Below are positions 1-14,740 of a stretch of DNA of 64,000 nucleotides, one piece after another; the first letter of the stretch is position 1, and each line of letters opens with the position of its first letter. This stretch comes from the human T2T-CHM13v2.0 reference genome, Homo sapiens. The DNA lies in NCBI RefSeq assembly GCF_009914755.1, contig NC_060933.1; one strand, written 5' to 3'. The position numbers and the translations under genes are program-made. The notes below the pieces were generated by a model. It saw only the letters and a program-made list of their open reading frames with translations, was not told the DNA's origin and did not search any database.

Positions 1-777
1 TAAATACTCAAGAGAAGGCAAATGAGGTTGTCCTAAAAACATATGTAGAAAGATTTACAAAAAATAGTTGAAGAAACCAGGAAATGTCTGTTTTGGAGAA
101 AAGAAGACTTAGGGGATACAGGATCCCTGTCTCCAAATATTTAAAGCCCTTACTTCTGACAGAGGATGTCCTCTGTGTGGCTCTAGAGGGTACAATCACA
201 GGATCAGGCGGAAGACTTAGGTTGCAGATAAGAAACTGCCCTCTAACGATGAAGGCTGCCCAACAATAATCGGTTGACTCTTAAGTCTGGGAGGACTCCT
301 TGTCATTAGAAATGTTCAAACAGGGTTTGGCTAATCAAACTTCTGGAAGGCTATTGAAGTCTGCTGGGGATATTGTACAGTGGAATAGCATTTTACTTCA
401 AAGTTAGGCTCTAAAGTCAGTAAGGCAAAAATCACATATGCCAAAATTGCCTTGAAAATTACCTGTGAAATACGGTATATGAATCACGGTTTTAGGACAT
501 GTGATTTATATGCACAAATGTATTATATATTTAATAATGCACAATATAATAAAGAATGCAATTTTTTAAGCACTGGCATCACAGTGCTTAAAAACCTGTG
601 AGAGGTTTTGTAGATGTGTAGGAACTAAATAAAGCAACCATTGCAATCATTGATTCAAGTATCCTATTTCACATTCACTTTGGGGCACACACTGATGGGG
701 TATAATAGTAGGTGCATTGCTGTAAACACCTCACTCTTTGCTCTCACTAACAAGCATATTTAGTTGAATCATCCTAT

Positions 778-1520
778 TGTATAAGAAAGAATTTGACTAG
801 CTTTTGTCCCTGGTTCCTGGGAGGGAGACTAAATCCTTAAGAGTTTCCCAATTAATAGCAGTGTCTTTGTTATTCATGAACCTCTTGGATCACATCTGAG
901 TTTATGGTAAGAGATGAGATGACTCAGGATGGGGGTTGGTCACCAGAAAAATCTACTATATGAGGAGAGCTTTGGGACTTTGAGCCAGCCTGACCTCCAG
1001 GAAGGGTAGAGGGGCTAGAGATTGAGTCCATCCATGGTCAAGGATTCAATCAATCATGTCTACAGAGTGAGACCCCAACAAAAACTCTGGACATTGAGCT
1101 GAGTGGGGAAACTTCCTGGTTTTTGAGCCCATCAATGTGCCAGAGGGTGGTGCATGCTGGTTCTACAGGAATAGGACATGGAAGCTTTGCATTCAGGACG
1201 CTCCCAGACCTTGCCCTGTCATCTCTTTATTTGGCTGGTCCTGATTTATATCTTTTATAAAACTGTAATTGTATATACAGTGCTTTCCTGAGTTTTCTAA
1301 GTTGTTTTAGTGAATTATCAAACTTAAGGGTGTTGTGGGAATCTCTGAATTTGTAGCTAGTGGTCATAAGTGTGGGTGGGCTAGGGACCCCTGAAGTATG
1401 GCTGGCACTTGAAATAAAAGCAGTCTTGTTGGTGACTATGCCCTTAAACCTGTGAAGTCTGCCATCAACTCTGGGTGATTAGCATAGATATTGCTTGGCA
1501 GTACATCAGTTGGTGTCAGA
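778..1520 (+). mobile_element. ERV LTR relic, MER21-family-like
   Basis: Resembles the MER21 consensus (e.g. 'agtgctttcctgagtt...agtgaattatcaaac', 'gaatttgtagc'). Recognised by eye; boundaries approximate. Confidence 0.55.
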
Positions 1521-2897
1521 GCATGTCTTAAAGAAATAAGAAGGTGGCTGCACAGTACCTCCAAAGAGCCTTGTGATTCTAAGATTCTTTTAAGGCAAAG
1601 AACCAAACAAAATTAATACTTTTATTCTGGCCCATAGAGAAGTGATTAAGCAATTGTCTCTTTCACTATCTCGCTTTATGAGATGTGAGATCAAAAAAAT
1701 GCAAGAAAAATGGAATGTAGGAGTCTTTTAACTCATAAAATCTCAGCTTAAAGAAGCTAAGGTCTAATGATGGAACAACAGCTTGTCCACAGTGAGGCTA
1801 GGCCAGTTAGGAAGAGAAGGCAGAGCCCCTGTTTCTAAATCAGAATATGGCCTGGAAGACACCAATATTCTAATAACAAGATAAGCATGCCTACAGCCTA
1901 ATGGCTTAAGGGTTGCCAAGATATTTCTTTTCTTCTCTTTCGGAGAAATGTGAGTCAAAAATACCTGCTGCTAATATTAATGTAGAGGGAGGGGAAATCT
2001 ATTTGCAAGGTCTTTTGGGGCCAGAAGGACAATGCATTATTTTCCCAGTCCCTTCAGTCAGAGCCTAACAGCAGCAGTATTCATCCCAAACATATCTATT
2101 CGAATCCCTTACGATGACCCCAGAGACGCTGCCCTGTTCCCTTGGCACAGAAGGGCAGAGAATGAATTCCCAGAGAGCAGAACTGGGAACAAGGGTGGAA
2201 GTTACAGGGAGCCTTCTCAGGTGACTGTAAAGAAGAACTTTCCAGTGGAGAGGAATCCTCAGGAGATATAGAACAAATACCGTGTTACCAGCAGGATCTA
2301 ACCTGAGGGCCACAGCCATATCCTGGGGACGAGTGGATGAGGATGCACACAGAGAGGGAGCAAAGACACCAGATGATATCTAGATCCCTGTAGTTCTGAC
2401 AGTCTAGTTCTAACCTGACTGTAGATTCAAAGAAAAACCAGGGAAAATATTCTCACTTTAGGAGCTTTCTCAGCTGTGTTCTTACCACAAATATTCTTCA
2501 ACAATAAATCCCACTAGAATACCTAGCGGCATGACGTTATTTAGCGCAGTTAAGAGAGATTTTAGAATTACTGCAATGCCGTTTAAATTCATTATCTAAT
2601 GCTAATTAAAATGATCTGTTTCGCTGTCACCAAGGAAAATCTTGTCAGGGAAACTGATGAGTTACAGCGAGCTCTCTGGTACTGAGCTGAGAGCAGATGG
2701 GTGCTTACAACATCATACATCCTGTGCCATTGACAATTAAGACTGAGAGAGAATTAACCTGGCAGTACACCTGGCCTCGGGCAGGTTTGGGGGCCAGCCA
2801 GGCATCTAAAGAGCACTCGACTGCACAGCAGACCTGCCTGTGACCCTCTCTGCCAGTTACCTTGGGGCAGTCACCTCACCTCTTTGGGTTGCGTTAG

Positions 2898-3066
2898 ATC
2901 AGTGGTTTTAAATCTTGATGCACATTAGAATCACCGAGGGAATTTTTAATCCAGATTCCCCACCTAAACCAATTAAATATGAGTCCCTGGAGGTGGGGCC
3001 TAGGCATAAGAATTTTAAAGCTCCTCAGGTGATTCCAATGTGAAGGTGGGGTTGATTACCACTGCA
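2898..3066. mobile_element. MER5A-like hAT DNA transposon relic
   Basis: 'cagtggtttt..aatctt..gcacattagaatcacc...ctcctcaggtgattccaatgtg...accactg' matches the MER5A pattern. Confidence 0.55.
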
Positions 3067-5658
3067 TTTGATGGTCCCTAAGGACTATGCCCATTTCCAG
3101 ACTAATTGAGAGATGAAAAATTATTGGCTTACTTCATCACTCCCTCGCAGACATTGGTTATTAGGAGTCTGACTCAACTGAGTACTCCACGTGATATCAG
3201 CCAGGCAGTAACTGCTGTTAAACCATGGTCCATGTCTTGGTTATTTTCGTAAATGCCTGGCACATCCTAGGCGCTCAGTACTCATTTGATAAATGAATGG
3301 TTCAGAGGGCAACAATTCAATTTGCAGTTCACCCTTTCTGCTTCATTTTGGGTGGCAAAATGAGTAACATATGAGTTACAAATTTTAAATAATGTATTAA
3401 ATTCATCTTTAATAACAGAATAGCACAAAATAGCAGTAGCTTAAACAAAAGAGAAGTTTATTTCTCTAACACATAAAATGCTGGCTTTCAAAATATGGTC
3501 CTTGAACCAGGATGATCCATATCACCTGGGAAATTGTTAGAAATGTAAACTCTTGGGCTCCAAACCAGACCTACTAAAATAGAAACTGTGGGGTGTGGCA
3601 CAGAAATCTGTTTAATAAGCCCTCCAGGTGATTTAAGAACCACTGCCATAGAAGAATTTGAGAGGGAGGTAGTGCAAGATTAGTATAGCAATTCCATGAA
3701 GTTGGGACCTGGACTCTCTGCTCACCATTCCTTCACCCCTAAGGCACAAACCTTGTCCACATGATATGATATGGCTGCTGGAGTTTCAGCCATCACATTC
3801 AAGCTCAAAGGAGAAGGATGGAGAAAAACCTAGAGAAGAGCACTCACTCTTCTTTCACATGACTTCCTGAAAGGACTTCTTGTCCTCTTAGATCTCATTG
3901 GCACAAAAACTTTTCTGTGAAGAACACCAGAAAATGTTATCTTTTAGCTGGGCACATGACCACACCCCTAAAAATTAAGGTTCTATTCATGAGGTGCTAA
4001 GACAGTAATCTAGTTGTTTCTGCCTTAAATTATTACTCAACAGTGGTAATAAAGAAAACTAAAACTTAGTGCTAATATGTCCAGGTATTGTGTTACATTC
4101 CTTATGATAGTATCTTATATAACCTTCATAACTCTATGGGGAATTGTTTTTCTCATCTTGTAGAGTAAAAAAACAAACAGAAAACAAACAAACAAAAACG
4201 GGTTTTTAGAGACTGGTTAATGTGCTTGATGTCACTAACCAGGAAGTGATAAAGCAGAATTTCAACCCAAGTGGTTTATCTGCAAAGCATGCATTCTTAG
4301 CCTCTAAGATATGCTACTCTGATAAAAAGTTTTGGTGGAGATGAAAAATGAGTAATAACTGACACCTTATATCTGTTCCTCATTCGCAGGAATAATATAA
4401 TATTGGTTTTGCCATCATTTGATTAGGTTGAGCTTGCAAAGCAACTCCCACCCCACTCCAAATGGCTGATATGTTCTAAGACTGTGTTTTCAGGTCACTT
4501 AGGACAGGTCTGCAGTGGTGTCTGCACATTAAGAAGCATTAGGGCTAACACTAGGGAGAATCCAGGGCTCATGGGACCTGAGGCTTGTACAACTTAGGAT
4601 CCCCTGTTAAGAAAAAAAACCATTAAATTGTGAATACACGATTAGGTAGTGGGCTTTGGAATGCCCAGCAAGTGAGGGGCAGTGATACTTAAGCCTCATT
4701 GGCTTAATGGGAAATCTACCTCCAGCCTAATGCTTCCTTTCCCAGCACTGCTTGCCTGTAGCATGGAGGACACAATGCAGGTCACTGCAATCAACCAATC
4801 ACCAACTGTAGAAGAAATAATGGAGATGACATTGATCAGTGGTCTTCTAACTTTGATTTGTTTGTTCTTAATGGCAGAATCCTGTTACAAAAAGAAATCT
4901 CACTCTGAATCTGAACACATTGAACAGATACAAGTGTGGCTGCTCTGGCTGGAGACCAGGTGGTCGTAGGTCAAAAGTCCCATCTGCTCTTGCCCATAAT
5001 GTAATCTCCAAATGAGTTATTCTTCCCTGCTGCACAGATAAACCCAATTCACTGACACAGCATTATTGCAGTAAAGAAGTAGTTTAATTAATGCAAGGCT
5101 GGCCAAGAAGAAGGACTGGAGTTATTACTCAAATCAGTCTCCCTGAGAATTTGGAGGCTAGGGTTTTAATAGATAATTTGATGGGCAAGGGGCTAGGGAA
5201 TGGGTGCTGCTGATTGGTTGGGGGATGAAATCATGTGGGAAACGGTCCTTGTGTGCTGAGTCCATCTCGGGGTGGAGGCCACAGGACTGCTGTTTGAGTC
5301 ATGAGTCATGGGTCCAGGTGGGGTCAGTTAATTGCCAGGACGCAAAAATCTGAAAAACTTCTCAAATGACCACTCTTAAGTTCTACAATAGTGATGTTAC
5401 CTACTGAAGCACTCGGGGCAGTCACAAACCTTGCGACCTCTGGCCACGTAACTGCTGAGCAGTAAGGGGTTATAGAAAGTACACCTACATTTTAGCAGAA
5501 TTCAGGCCCCTTCTATAATCCTAATCTTATGGCCTTTCATTAGTTTTACACAGACAACTTCAGTCCCTGAATAAGGAGGAGGGGGCCAGCTTTAGGGAGG
5601 GACTATTATCATCCTTGCTTTAAAGCTAAACTATAAACTAAATTCCTCCCATGGTTAG

Positions 5659-6048
5659 TGTGATGGTTAATAATGAGTATCAACTTGATTGGATTGAAGG
5701 ATACAAAGTATTGATCCTGGGTATGTCTGTGAGGGTGCTGCCAAAGGAGATTAACATTTGAGTCAGTGGGCTGAGAAAGGCAGACCCACCCTTAATCTGA
5801 CTGGGCACAATCTAATCAGCTGCCAGCACAGCTAGAATATAAGCAGGCAGAAAAATGTTAAAGGAGACCCTGGCCTAGCCTCCCAGACTGTATCTTTCTC
5901 CTGTGCTGGATGCTTCCTGCCCTTGAACATTGGACTCCAAGTTCTTCAGTTTTGGGACTCAAGACTGGCTCTCCTTGCTCCTCAGCTTACAGATGGCCTA
6001 TTGTGGGACCTTGTGATCTTGTAAGTTAATACTTAATAAACTCCCTTT

Positions 6049-6079
<31 letters not shown>

Positions 6080-6480
6080 GTATATACACACATGTATATA
6101 TATATAACCTTCATAACATTTTATATATATATACACGTATATACACACACTAAATTCCTCCCATGGTTACTGTGAGGTTAATAATGAGTATCAACTTGAT
6201 TGGATTGAAGGATACAAAGTATGTATACATATATCCATGTATATATACAAATACACATATATATGTGTGCATGTGTATATGTATCCACATACGTGGATGT
6301 ATACACACACACATATATATGTGTATATACACACATACACATATATGTATACATGTGTGTACATATACACATACATGTGTGTGTACATACATGGATATGT
6401 GTGTGTGTGTGTATATACGTGGATATATACACACACACACATATACCATTAGTTCTGTCCCTCTAGAGAACCCTAATACA
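5659..6480 (+). mobile_element. MLT2A1 (HERV-L) solo LTR nested in the LTR8-like element
   Basis: Starts 'tgtgatggttaat...caacttgattggattgaagg' and ends 'ctctagagaaccctaataca'. Perfect 5-bp TSD GTTAG at 5654-5658 and 6481-6485. Confidence 0.85.
6047..6446. repeat. Complex (CA)n/(TA)n/(TG)n microsatellite inside MLT2A1
   Basis: Alternating purine-pyrimidine tract seen directly. It explains the cluster of Y/H/C/V/T-rich ORFs at 6150-6528. Confidence 0.95.
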
Positions 6481-7888
6481 GTTAGCTTGGGCTACGCTCA
6501 GGAAGCAGGGAGGACAGCCAGCCTGTGAGGCTATAAGCAAGATGGAGTCAGCCATGCTAGACTTCTCTCGCTGTCATCTTTGCAAAGGTGGCTTCAGTTG
6601 CAGCTCCAGAGGCATCTTGGGGCCTCAAGGAACCTATCTGAAAATCACCTGATGTATTCTAAGCCCCTCTTCTTATAGGGGAGAGAACAAAGACCCAGGA
6701 AGACTAAATAACTCAGCCTAGGTCATCACCTGGTTACTGGCAGGGTGGGGACTACAACTGTGATCTATCCACAGATCTTTTCACTATACTTTAAAAATCC
6801 TTTGATTTCTAGGCCAGCCTTCAAAAGCCTTTTATTGAGCTATCTCTTGCCCTATCCCAAATATAGCATTTGTAGTATATGATAGAATCAAACCACAAGG
6901 TATTACCCATTTCTATGGGAAAAGTCAGAAATTGTCTCCCCAGCTGCAGCCTTAGTACAGAAGGGGTGGGTACTCTCTCAGCTTAAGTCACTAGAGGTTT
7001 TTCCCCTGAACTGCTGTTCTTCTTTCTCCCCTTGTCTCACCCTGCATCACTAGCCAAGTCCCTGGCACACCCCAGGGAAGGCAAGAGGCAGAGAATGGAA
7101 CCAGTGGGTAGCATTTGTACCACTGAGAGGGAAAAAGCAAGAATCCCTTGGGTCATGGGAACATAAAATTTATAAGCTGTGTATAGAGAGAAGCTACCTT
7201 CTTGTATGAAAAAAGGAAACAGACATGCAATGAAATATTACACTTCGGCGCATGGCTATTTTCTTTTCCATCTTTGATTTTTATTACTGATTGACTTAAA
7301 TATGGGCTGCAAATTTAATCTTCCTCACTTGCTGGAATTTCATGTTTTTTTCTGACTATGCTTCTGGTCCTGGCAAAACTTTGCCTTAAGGAATTTCTCC
7401 AGAGGTATTTTAACTCGATGCTCATTTTCATGGAAGTATCACTGGTTTTTGCCCACCTAGGTCTTACAATAAACTTTCTCACAGGGTTGTCTGCTTTTTC
7501 TTTCAGAGCTTTCCTTGATTCAAACAATTCTCAAGGAAGTTGTTAGTTGGTGAAATTACTTCATTTAGGTCTTCTAATTAGAAAGGAAAAATTCTTCCAT
7601 CAGTCCCATGCCTTCCTCAATTATAAAATTTCACTTAAAAATCTCAAACCGGTAAGAAGACTTAATACTATTCAGTAACTAAAATTATAAATCTCTAAAG
7701 CTTTCTTTAAAACAAAAGAAACCTAAAATGCAATCTGAATGTAGCAGAATCGTTTTCCACAGAATAGTCACATCATGACCACAGTTGACAGCAAATGGTA
7801 ACTGGAAACAGTTTGTTCTTCTACTTGGGAAATGGGCATCAACTGGCTAACTTTTAAAAGGAGTGAATATATCTCTTAGGTTTTGTTT

Positions 7889-8264
7889 TGTATTAGTCAG
7901 TTTTCACACTGCTGTAAAGACACTACCCGAGACTAGGTGAATTATAAAGGAAAGAGGTTTAATTGACTCACAGCTCTGCATGGCTGGGGAGGCCTCAGGA
8001 AACTTACGATCATGGCAGAAGCGGAAGTAGGCATGTCTTACACGGCGGCAGGAGAGAGAGGAGAAAGCAAAAGGGGAAGAGCCCCTTATAAAACCATCAG
8101 ATCTCATGAGAATTCACTCACTATCACAAGAACAGCATGGGGGAAACCACCCCCATGATCCAATCCCTCCTTCAACACGTGGGGATTATAGGTCCCCCAC
8201 TCCACACGTGAGGGTTACAATTCAAGCTGAGATTTGGGTGGGGACACAAAGCCAAACCATATCA
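7889..8264 (-). mobile_element. THE1/MST-family MaLR solo LTR
   Basis: 'tgtattagtc...aaaggaaagaggtttaattgactcacag...gagatttgggtggggacaca..gccaaaccatatca' is the reverse complement of a THE1-type LTR. Confidence 0.85.
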
Positions 8265-9183
8265 GTTGTACAAAAAGGCAGCAAAATAACAATTACCTCT
8301 AAAGTGAAATAAAGAAACAAAAGGCTACTTCGTGATGTTAGAATATTAAAAACACGATTCTCACAAAAATATATGTCAAAGATTTATGTAACTCATTCAT
8401 GAGAAAACAAGCAGGTAAAACTAGTTCAAAGGAGGATACAGTGGACTGAGTTATATATGTACATTTTTCTGTATGTCCATTTCAGGAAAAGGAAGTCTAC
8501 TGGAATAAGATTGCAGTTAGATTAACGCCTGGTAATAAATAGGGCAATAAAACTGTAATTTTTGGAGCTGTCTCTACTATAGGGCAGAAATCATTTGCAA
8601 CTTACTGATATTCTACTCAGCATTATCCACCTTCCCAGAGTCTGGGCCCTAACAGAATAATAGCATGTCAAACAAAATCACACCCCTCTAGAAAGTCAAA
8701 TAACCTTGTGGTTTTGCAGACCATGCCCTAGTATGTCTTTAAATGGGACAAACCTTTTTGCTTTATTTCTACACTTTGGATAATTTTACTTAATGGTAGT
8801 AGAGGTTTTTTTGTTTTTGTCTGTTTTTTTTTTCCTTTATAATCTGTAAACTACAACTCTGTGACTTGGGAACCAAACGAGGTAAGGAATATTTGGAACC
8901 ATCTGGGGAGTCATAAACACAAAGTTTTACAAGGCATCTTCACATATGGTCTTATTTGATTCTGACCCCAGCTTCCTGAGATGTTCAGGTATGATCCCTA
9001 TTTTCACAAATAAGAAAAGAGAGGTACCTAAAGATTGTGACTTGCCCACATTCCTGGTCAGAACCAGGGCCAATCTACAAAGCCAGATCTTCTGAAAACA
9101 CACACCAAGGGCTTTCACTGTGGTGCTGCTCTCAACAACCCCTCACATCGTAGAGAAGCTTATGGTTTAAAAAGCCCTTGGCA

Positions 9184-9766
<583 letters not shown>

Positions 9767-10975
9767 TCAATTCACCCCTTTCTCCTGCCCCAAGAAACAA
9801 ACTCCCTTGTTAACCTGTCTAGCTCTCTGCCCTCTACCTCAGCAAGCTGATAGACTTCACAGGAAGGTGTTATTGACAGGCAACAGCTAGCGGTGCTATT
9901 CCACCAGGGTTATTTGTATTTTAAAAGAAGCCCATTTTGGTATAATTACTTTCACCTTTTGCTTCCTAATCTATGTTGGCAGAAATGACTACAAGAAGCC
10001 TGCAAACCCAACCTTAGCCGAAGCACCAGCTGCCAAGGGAATGAAGGCTCATGTTTTGACTATTTTTCAAATGTACATTGCTGATGTTTAAAATTGTAAA
10101 TATATTTTAAAGTGGTAATGAATTTATGGGTGTTCTTATGTGACTTCTTAGCCAATATATGTTTAAAAGTGTAACTGTGACTATGTGTAGGGGCAGAAGC
10201 TGCTGAAATGTTTTATGGGAAAATCTCAAGGAGGGGAACCTAACGCTCACAAAGACACAGTGAAGTATGATTATCTTCATTTTAAAAATGATGAAAATGA
10301 AGCAGAGAGGATATGTAACTTACAAAGATCATCCAGCTACAGAGCCAAGCTTCAAATGCAGTTCCAGGCCTGTGCTCCCAACCACTATTTTATATTCCCT
10401 TTAATTTTACCTGATTTTCATTTTCCAAAAGGGTGTGACTTATAGACAAGTATACTGCAGAAAACACCTCATCCTAACCCTGATCATCTGTAGGAGGGTC
10501 CAGCAATAAAGAAAACTTTTGAGGGTTGAAAAGCTACTATAGAAAAGCAAACCAGAGAAACATTTGAGAGAGGAAAAGATGAACTGTATTTTACCAACTG
10601 TTAACACTTTGACTCTAAGACGTACCATTATTTTATCTATCACTCAGAAAAAAAGCTGCCTATCAACGATCATGCTAATATGCCACTGACTATAAGTGAC
10701 ACCCGGAAAGATTTGTTAAATGCAAAATAAAAATGTACATTTTTAGAATTGATGAAATATAGTAACACGCAGGCAGGCAGCCCAGGCCATGGTCTAAGTT
10801 TGAGATCCCAGAAGAAGTGAGAGCATCTTTCACGATTTTTCTTCCGGAAACTGACTTGATGTTGTTACATTCAACAGTAGGCAGCAGATGTTTTAGCCAG
10901 AGAACTGTAAGTGCTCTGGTTTCAGTCTCATGCCAGTTCCTGATATGGTGCTACTCTTAGTATTAAGAGTACAGA

Positions 10976-11295
<320 letters not shown>

Positions 11296-11304
11296 TTATA
11301 ATAG

Positions 11305-11637
<333 letters not shown>

Positions 11638-12657
11638 TGATGAAGCAAAGTGATATGAACTCAGAATTCTCTTCAACTTACCACGGGACATGTATACTTC
11701 ATTAACTAATCACGGTGGCCAAGGGAGTGTTGTGGTTCAGAGGCCAGAGTCACATGCCACTGGTCAAGGCAAATCATAATTCGACTCCACCCAAAAAGGC
11801 GACTAAAATGTAGGGGGAGGGGAACCTCCAGAAAGGTGCCGGGCAGGGTATTATTACCAAAAGAGCGGATTCCAACAGATATTTAGAACTAGACTTAGAT
11901 ATCGAGTTATACAATGGGGCCAAATAGTTGATCTGGTAAGAACAACTGAACCCATGTCTTGTCTGTTTCTTCAAAAGGATATTACTGCTGTTACAGATCT
12001 TTAAGATTCACAGTTTCTCTATCACTGCCTACTGCTGAATGTGATAACATTAAGTCAGTATGTGCTTACTGGTAGATATATCAATAAGAACCTAAGTTTT
12101 AAATGCAAGAGGATTTTCATCTAAAAGGAAAGTCTGTTGTCAAGCATCTGGAAGTCATTTTAAGATATCTAAATTAGTCATTATGTTTAATTATAGTCAC
12201 CAAGAGCTCAAAGTCAGATGATTCCCATGACCTTACCAGACTCCTCTCACCTTTCCCTCAAGTAGTTATCACATATCAAGCACAACTAAGAGCTAATCAT
12301 TTCCTCCCAAGGTACAATTAACTCCCTAAGAAAAAGAGCACAGACCAAAATTTCTCATTCCCACATTTTTGCAGCTCTGTCTGTCCACTTACATTCAGCC
12401 ACGGGCATGAGCCCATGTTTAAAAACTGGATAAAACATTCTGATGAAAAATATTCCAAACACTGTTCTTTCATAGGCTGTTATCTGTGGTATCATCCAGG
12501 GCATCATCATCGGTACAAACATACATAGCAATCAGTGTCTGTCTGCACACTGTGGAAGGCAGAGCAGCCATTTAGTTACTATTCATAAAAGACACACAAT
12601 CCAAAGGGCATACTGTATCTCCTAGTTAAGGCCATTCATTAAAAAATTTACTAATGC

Positions 12658-12945
12658 GGCCAGGCGCGGTGGCTCACGGCTGTAATCCCAGCACTTTGGG
12701 AGGCTGAGGCGGGGGGATCACGAGGTCAGATCGAGACCATCCTGGCTAACACAGTGAAACCCCGTCTCTACCAAAAATAAAAAAAGATTAGCCAGGCGTG
12801 GTGGTGGGCGCCTGTAGTCCCAGCTACTCAGGAGGCGGAGGCAGGAGAATGGCGTGAACCCAGCAGGCGGAGCTTGCAGTGAGCCAAGATGGCGCCACTG
12901 CACTCCAGCCTGGGCGACAGAGCAAGACTCTGTCTCCAAAAAAAA
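12658..12945 (+). mobile_element. AluY
   Basis: Full Alu with a perfect 17-bp TSD 'aaaaaatttactaatgc' (12641-12657, 12940-12956). Confidence 0.95.
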
Positions 12946-14479
12946 TTTACTAATGCATCTGGGGAAGAAGTTAGGGGACCTGGGGCACTTGGATGGTGGT
13001 GTTTTTAGGTTCAGAAAAGATGAAGATGATCATAAACTTAGTTTCCTTACGTTAAGCACTATCAAAAGGTAAGACGAGCTCAAGTCTCAAATTTTTATGT
13101 TTGTTTAGGTCATTAATTTTGGCAGAAATAGTTTGATTATGGGCTCCCTACTAACTGCTGCTGTTTTGTGATCTTGTGTTCTCTTAACCATTATTCTAAA
13201 TACATATATCCATAAATTTGCCAGACTTAAAAGTGACTAATCTGCTAAAATTAAGACGTAACTTTTTCAAATTTTCACTGATATAGAAACAGAAGTGCCA
13301 TCTCATGTTTTCAAGAGCAAATCTTTTGAGTTTGGTCAGGTAGGAAGCCATTTCCTCTAAGAGGCCTTTATTCTGTTATGCAAGTGCTTATTACAGCAGA
13401 CATAAAGGGAGAATGGAGTTCTCCTTCCTTCTAACATCAGCTGATTCCTAGGAGAAGCAGGGTTTGATGCAAACTGAAAATACGACAAGCTGAATTTTCA
13501 AATAAATGACATTCTCAGATCCGCTAAATTCATCCATGGAAAAGAAGACCACCATGAAGCCAGGTAGGTTGTTTTCAGTTTGTTTAAAGCCATTTGTGGA
13601 TTTCTGCTTAAAAATGGTGCATTGTTGAGTTTATCTCTGTTCCTTTCAGAAAGAGTAAGATAAGACTAGAAAAATAAAATTGTATAAATTCACAGGAACA
13701 AAGTAAACAGAGGAGAAGCCACAGTGGGTGAGAGATAGCACCAAGTATCTGGAAGAACAGGAAGCAGTAGAGAAGGCGGCAGAACTGTGAAAGCGGAATA
13801 CCTAGTGCATGGAGAGGAACGAGTCAATTCTCACCATGGTAGACCAGAAAATTCCAGCAGCTAGAGGTGCCAGGTACTGGAGAATGCTGGGGTAAGCCTT
13901 GGAATGGAAAACAGGGGGATTGGCCCAAACTGCTTGACCACCACTCCCAACCCTGGCAGCAGGCTGAGGATGTGCTTTGTGAACTTATGTTGACTCATTT
14001 TCTCAAGACTAGGGGGCCCCAGATATGAGAGGGCATGAGGGAGAGGCACTGTGCTGAAAGCAGGTAGGTTAATTAAAATCTGCACACTGACTATTGAGCA
14101 ACTGAATGCTGGCTGCAGGTGGATTTCTCTCTGGAGGCACTGAATGGCCCAGAGGAAAGGCCTACAGATACTGACATCTGGAGGACCCCAGTGAAACAGC
14201 AGGATCCACAACTAACCACTGGTACAGTAAAGTCAACATTAGAAAAGAAAAGAATGCCCTCTTTCTCGTCGGTTTTAAGATTTTAAATGTCTTAAATATA
14301 TGAGAGCTAAAGACCTCTCCAAGAAAGTCTCAAACAGAGCCCAAAGCAAACAGAAAGAGCAGATGACAGAAAAGAAAGTAAAACAAAACAACCAACCATA
14401 AAATTGAATATCACCAAGAAACATGAGATAATGCATACAAGAAATAAGAAAAGGACACTTTAATGAAAAGGCTGGGAGT

Positions 14480-14740
14480 GGCTAGGCATGGTAGCTCAGG
14501 CGTTCAGGACTAGCCTAGGCAACATGTCAAAACCCCGTCTCACAAAAAATGCAAAAATTAGCCAGGCATGGTGGTACATGCCTGTATTTCCTGACGCCTG
14601 ACAGGCTGAGGTGGGAGGATCGCTTGAGCCAAGGAGGCAGAGGTTGCAGTGAGCTCAAGTTGCACAGCTGCCACTCCAGCCTAGGTGACAAGATCCTGTC
14701 TCAAAAAACAAACAAACAAACAAAAAACCCAAAACACAAA
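14480..14740 (+). mobile_element. AluJ-like, internally deleted
   Basis: 'gaggtgggaggatcgcttgagcc' right-arm motif; part of the left arm is missing; (AAAC)n-type tail. Confidence 0.8.

Larger units (their letters stand above)
5000..6596 (-). mobile_element. LTR8-family (ERV1) solo LTR, interrupted by an MLT2A1 insertion
   Basis: TG...CA termini. The end 'gatggagtcagccatgctagacttctc...tttgcaaaggtggcttca' is the reverse complement of the LTR8-type 5' end. Confidence 0.6.

Noticed and set aside
6150-6528. Six overlapping ORFs rich in Y/H/C/V/T
   Set aside because: Translations of the (CA/TA/TG)n microsatellite; not coding.
12420-12570. Protein-like minus-strand reading MAALPSTVCRQTLIAMYVCTDDDALDDTTDNSL*
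   Set aside because: Short, interrupted by a stop, with no splice or homology support I can establish; chance or a decayed DNA-transposon fragment.
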